The notes below the pieces were generated by a model. That model did no database searches. It saw only the letters and a program-made list of their open reading frames with translations, and was not told the origin of the DNA. The translations under genes and the position numbers were made by a program. 64,000 nucleotides of DNA from NCBI GenBank assembly GCA_963662315.1, contig OY759353.1:1856001-1920000 (forward strand). The letters are read 5' to 3'. Shown piece by piece: positions 60,801-64,000 of the stretch; the first letter of the stretch is position 1; each line of letters starts with the position of its first letter. This DNA comes from Geopsychrobacteraceae bacterium. GTDB lineage: Bacteria; Desulfobacterota; Desulfuromonadia; Desulfuromonadales; Geopsychrobacteraceae.

Positions 60801-60836
60801 AAAAGCCGCTTCTGTAACAGAAACGGCTTTCTTTTT
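60801..60836. terminator. Bidirectional terminator between convergent genes
   Basis: AAAGCCG.TTCTG / CAGAA.CGGCTTT stem flanked by A and T runs. Confidence 0.75.
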
Positions 60837-60839
60837 AGT

Positions 60840-61187
60840 TTATTTGGTCCGGCTGTTCTTCTCTTCAATTCCGGACAAGCCAAAGCGGCGCCGCAGTTCA
60901 GCATATATCTGCTCCGGTTCAATCTCGTAATACCCCTGCAACACCAGAACGTGAAAAAACAAATCGGCTATTTCGTAAACAACTTCCTGCTTCTCGCCAC
61001 CTTTGCCGGCTATGGCGGTTTCGGTTGCTTCTTCACCAATTTTACTGAGGATTTTATCCAATCCTTTATCAAACAGGGACTTGACATAGGATTTATCCCC
61101 GTCGGCCAGATTTTTACGTTCCAGGACAATCTGGTAGATCGCCTCAAGAATATCCTGATGATCAGGGGAGGTGTTACGGTCACTCAT
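60840..61187 (-). CDS. hisE: Phosphoribosyl-ATP diphosphatase
   Basis: SYV..L, KIGEEATE, E.ADL.FH, SG.EEK. Confidence 0.93.
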   Translation of the reverse strand: MSDRNTSPDHQDILEAIYQIVLERKNLADGDKSYVKSLFDKGLDKILSKIGEEATETAIAGKGGEKQEVVYEIADLFFHVLVLQGYYEIEPEQIYAELRRRFGLSGIEEKNSRTK

Positions 61188-61202
61188 GAATCGGTCCCTT
61201 CC

Positions 61203-61970
61203 TTAAATCCGCGCTGGCACATTGTGCTTGCGCAGATATTCTTTGCATTCGGCAATCGTGTATTCTTTAAAGTGAAAAATCGATGCAGCCAGGGCAGCAC
61301 TGGCGCCACCTTCAACCAGTCCCTGACGGATATGTTCCAGATTTCCCACCCCACCTGAGGCGATGACTGGAATCTCAACAGCATCGCTGATAGCACGGGT
61401 CAGGTCGATATCATAGCCATCTTTGGTGCCGTCACAATCCATGGAGGTGAGCAGAATTTCGCCACAACCAAAAGCTTCCATCTTTTTCGCCCACTCAATG
61501 GCATCGATACCGGTCGGTTTCCGCCCACCGTGGGTATAGACCTCCCATCTCTGCGGACTGGAGTCTGGAACCCGGCGAGCATCGATAGCGACAACAATGC
61601 ACTGACTGCCAAAGCGTTCCGCAGCCTCGCGTACAAACTCAGGGTTATAAACAGCGGCAGTGTTGATCGACACCTTATCGGCACCGGCATTCAGCAGATT
61701 GCGAATGTCGCTGATTTCGCGCACCCCGCCGCCAACGGTCAACGGCATAAAGACGCGTTCAGCTGTCTTGGCAACAACATCCAGAATTATGCCGCGGTTG
61801 TCGCTGCTGGCGGTGATATCGAGAAAGGTCAACTCATCAGCTCCTTGAGCACAGTACGCTTCAGCCGCCTCAACCGGATCACCAGCATCGCGCAGGCCAA
61901 CAAAATTAACCCCTTTAACGACGCGGCCATCCTTGACATCAAGACATGGAATAATGCGTTTGGTCAGCAT
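61203..61970 (-). CDS. hisF: Imidazole glycerol phosphate synthase cyclase subunit
   Basis: [34 protein letters not shown]. Confidence 0.97.
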   Translation of the reverse strand: MLTKRIIPCLDVKDGRVVKGVNFVGLRDAGDPVEAAEAYCAQGADELTFLDITASSDNRGIILDVVAKTAERVFMPLTVGGGVREISDIRNLLNAGADKVSINTAAVYNPEFVREAAERFGSQCIVVAIDARRVPDSSPQRWEVYTHGGRKPTGIDAIEWAKKMEAFGCGEILLTSMDCDGTKDGYDIDLTRAISDAVEIPVIASGGVGNLEHIRQGLVEGGASAALAASIFHFKEYTIAECKEYLRKHNVPARI

Positions 61971-62701
61971 TACAAGCCCCCTTTGGCCAGGGCCACAGCC
62001 TCGCGCAGATCAAGGGCACCGGAGTAAATCGCTTTACCGGTAATCACACCACTGACCCCGGAGGACTCAATTTTCAACAAGTTACGGATATCATCCAGGC
62101 TCGACACTCCACCGGAGGCGATAACCGGAATTGAAATGGCTTCAGCAAGTGCTTGCGTTGCTTCGATATTAGGTCCCTGCATCATGCCGTCGCGAGCAAT
62201 GTCGGTGTAGATAATCGCTTCGACTCCAAACCCTTCCATCTCTTTGGCCAGCTCGGTCGCTTTCTTTTCCGTCACATCAGCCCAGCCACGTACCGCAACC
62301 AAACCACCTTTGGCGTCGATGCCAACAACGATATGACCGGGAAACCTGCGACAGGCTTCAGCCACCAACTGCGGATTTTCCTTGGCGATAGTACCAAGAA
62401 TTACCCGGTCAACGCCCAGTTCAAGATAAGCCTCGATAGTTTGCAGATCGCGTATCCCGCCACCGAGCTCGCAGGGGATATCTATGGCATGAACGATGGC
62501 CTTAATGGCGTCCTTATTTTTAGGAACACCGGCAAAAGCGCCGTCCAGATCGACAATATGCAGCAGTTCACCACCCTGCTCTTGCCAGATCCGCGCCTGG
62601 GCGCCGGGATCATCATTGTATACGGTGTCTTTCTCCATCAGTCCCTGCTCCAGACGGACACAGGCTCCTGCTTTCAAATCGATTGCGGGTAGAATAATCA
62701 C
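61970..62701 (-). CDS. hisA: ProFAR isomerase
   Basis: [27 protein letters not shown]. Confidence 0.96.
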   Translation of the reverse strand: MIILPAIDLKAGACVRLEQGLMEKDTVYNDDPGAQARIWQEQGGELLHIVDLDGAFAGVPKNKDAIKAIVHAIDIPCELGGGIRDLQTIEAYLELGVDRVILGTIAKENPQLVAEACRRFPGHIVVGIDAKGGLVAVRGWADVTEKKATELAKEMEGFGVEAIIYTDIARDGMMQGPNIEATQALAEAISIPVIASGGVSSLDDIRNLLKIESSGVSGVITGKAIYSGALDLREAVALAKGGL

Positions 62702-63325
62702 TTACATCTCTCCAAAGTTACGGAATATCTTCAGCCCGACATCCTGACTTTTTTCCGGATGGAACTGGGTTGCCATAATGTTGTCACGCCACACAGATGC
62801 GCAGAACTCCACATCACCATAACGGCAGGTTACGGCAACATCAGCAGCGTTTTCAGCAGCGCAGTAATAGGAATGAACAAAGTAGACAAAGCTTTGGTCG
62901 GCAATATCGTTAAAGAGCGGCGATCGCTTGTTGATAGTAATGTTGTTCCACCCCATGTGCGGAACTTTCAACTTTTCTCCCCCCTCAACCATTCCGGAAG
63001 GGAAGCGTTTTACGCGGCCGGGGATTAGTCCCAACCCCTCATGAACACCGAATTCCTCACTTTGATCAAACAGCATCTGCATACCGACACAGATACCGAG
63101 CATCGGTTTTCCAGCCTCAAGATGAGCCAGCAGAGGGTCAACGAAGCCACCTTCACGCAGATTTGTTATACAGTCACGAAAGGCGCCAACGCCGGGCAAA
63201 ACCACTTTATCGGCCGTTTCAATATCCTTTGGTTTGGCACTGACCCGGGCAGCAAAGCCCAGGCTTTCAAAGGCCTTGGCAACGCTGCGCAGGTTGCCCA
63301 TTTCATAATCGATTATATTAATCAC
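62702..63325 (-). CDS. hisH: IGP synthase glutamine amidotransferase subunit
   Basis: GNLRSV, LPGVG, GICVGMQ, PHMGWN, QFHPEKS. Confidence 0.96.
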   Translation of the reverse strand: MINIIDYEMGNLRSVAKAFESLGFAARVSAKPKDIETADKVVLPGVGAFRDCITNLREGGFVDPLLAHLEAGKPMLGICVGMQMLFDQSEEFGVHEGLGLIPGRVKRFPSGMVEGGEKLKVPHMGWNNITINKRSPLFNDIADQSFVYFVHSYYCAAENAADVAVTCRYGDVEFCASVWRDNIMATQFHPEKSQDVGLKIFRNFGEM

Positions 63326-63367
63326 AGTCCAACTCTTCCACCTTTCCCGTCGGGGAGAAGGAATAAA

Positions 63368-63958
63368 TTATTCAAGGGTTCCTTTGGTCGACATCACACC
63401 ACTAATACGGGGATCAAGACTGGTCGCCTCATCAAGAGCTCGGCCAAACGCCTTAAAAATCCCCTCGATAATGTGATGAAGATTATCGCCGTAGGCCAGG
63501 TTGACATGAATATTGGCTCCGGAATGATTACAGAAAGCGACAAAGAATTCCTGTACCAGCTCGACATCGAAATCTCCCACTTTCGCCTTGGGCAGATCCA
63601 CGTTGTAAACCAGGAATGGCCGTCCGGAAAAGTCAATCACAACAGAGGCCAAAGCCTCATGCATTGGCATGGTGGAACGACCGAAACGCCGGACCCCGAC
63701 TTTGTCCCCCAGGGCCTGTTTAAAAGCCTCACCAAGAACAATACCGATATCTTCAACGGTGTGATGAGCGTCGATTTCGATATCGCCGCTCGCCTTGACC
63801 ACCAGGTCAAAAAAACCGTGCCGCGCAACAGCAGACAACATATGGTTAAAAAACGGCACCGGGCTGTCAATCTCCTGCTCTCCGCTGCCATCAAGGTTTA
63901 AGGTGATGCTGATATTGGTTTCTTTGGTTTCCCTTGCAACCTGTGCCGTGCGGGCCAT
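63368..63958 (-). CDS. hisB: Imidazoleglycerol-phosphate dehydratase
   Basis: [21 protein letters not shown]. Confidence 0.96.
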   Translation of the reverse strand: MARTAQVARETKETNISITLNLDGSGEQEIDSPVPFFNHMLSAVARHGFFDLVVKASGDIEIDAHHTVEDIGIVLGEAFKQALGDKVGVRRFGRSTMPMHEALASVVIDFSGRPFLVYNVDLPKAKVGDFDVELVQEFFVAFCNHSGANIHVNLAYGDNLHHIIEGIFKAFGRALDEATSLDPRISGVMSTKGTLE

Positions 63959-63977
63959 GGACTATCTCCTTTATGGG

Positions 63978-64000
63978 TTACTTGCGTCTAACTGACACGG
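63978..64000 (-). CDS. 3' end of the upstream gene, probably histidinol dehydrogenase (partial)
   Basis: Reads VSVRRK-stop just upstream of the hisB SD; assigned by operon order only. Confidence 0.35.

Overview
Bacterial chromosomal window, most likely an anaerobic Desulfuromonadales-type deltaproteobacterium (inferred from gene content, not verified). In order it holds: an ErcA/ErcS-like ADH-kinase pair; a Cache-HAMP-GGDEF cyclase; a prkA-yeaH-spoVR-prkA operon; a BFD ferredoxin behind a Fur-like box; an eight-gene cfa/DUF1365 lipid-modification operon; secreted hypothetical proteins; a PepSY-TM gene with an in-frame TGA; two TctC-like proteins around a Roadblock-PstS-OmpA fusion; GntR with glcD/glcF; an OM barrel; a 7TM-DISM two-component pair; an NlpC/P60 lipoprotein; and hisB-H-A-F-E. 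Two regions stand out. (1) 33.2-42.5 kb is a VgrG-FIX polymorphic toxin locus with duplicated, start-less cassettes. All three recognisable toxin domains are NAD+-consuming (RES, TNT, arginine-type ART), each is followed by an immunity candidate, and one of these is a Tri1-like ADP-ribosylhydrolase. (2) 42.9-55.5 kb is a co-oriented transporter cluster with a complete partner-switching module (PP2C phosphatase, RsbW-like kinase, STAS) but no sigma factor. In it, an ABC ATPase and an NCS2 permease each carry a C-terminal domain resembling a catalytically degenerate RsbW, and the binding protein is circularly permuted. All domain calls come from motif recognition by eye; no searches were run.
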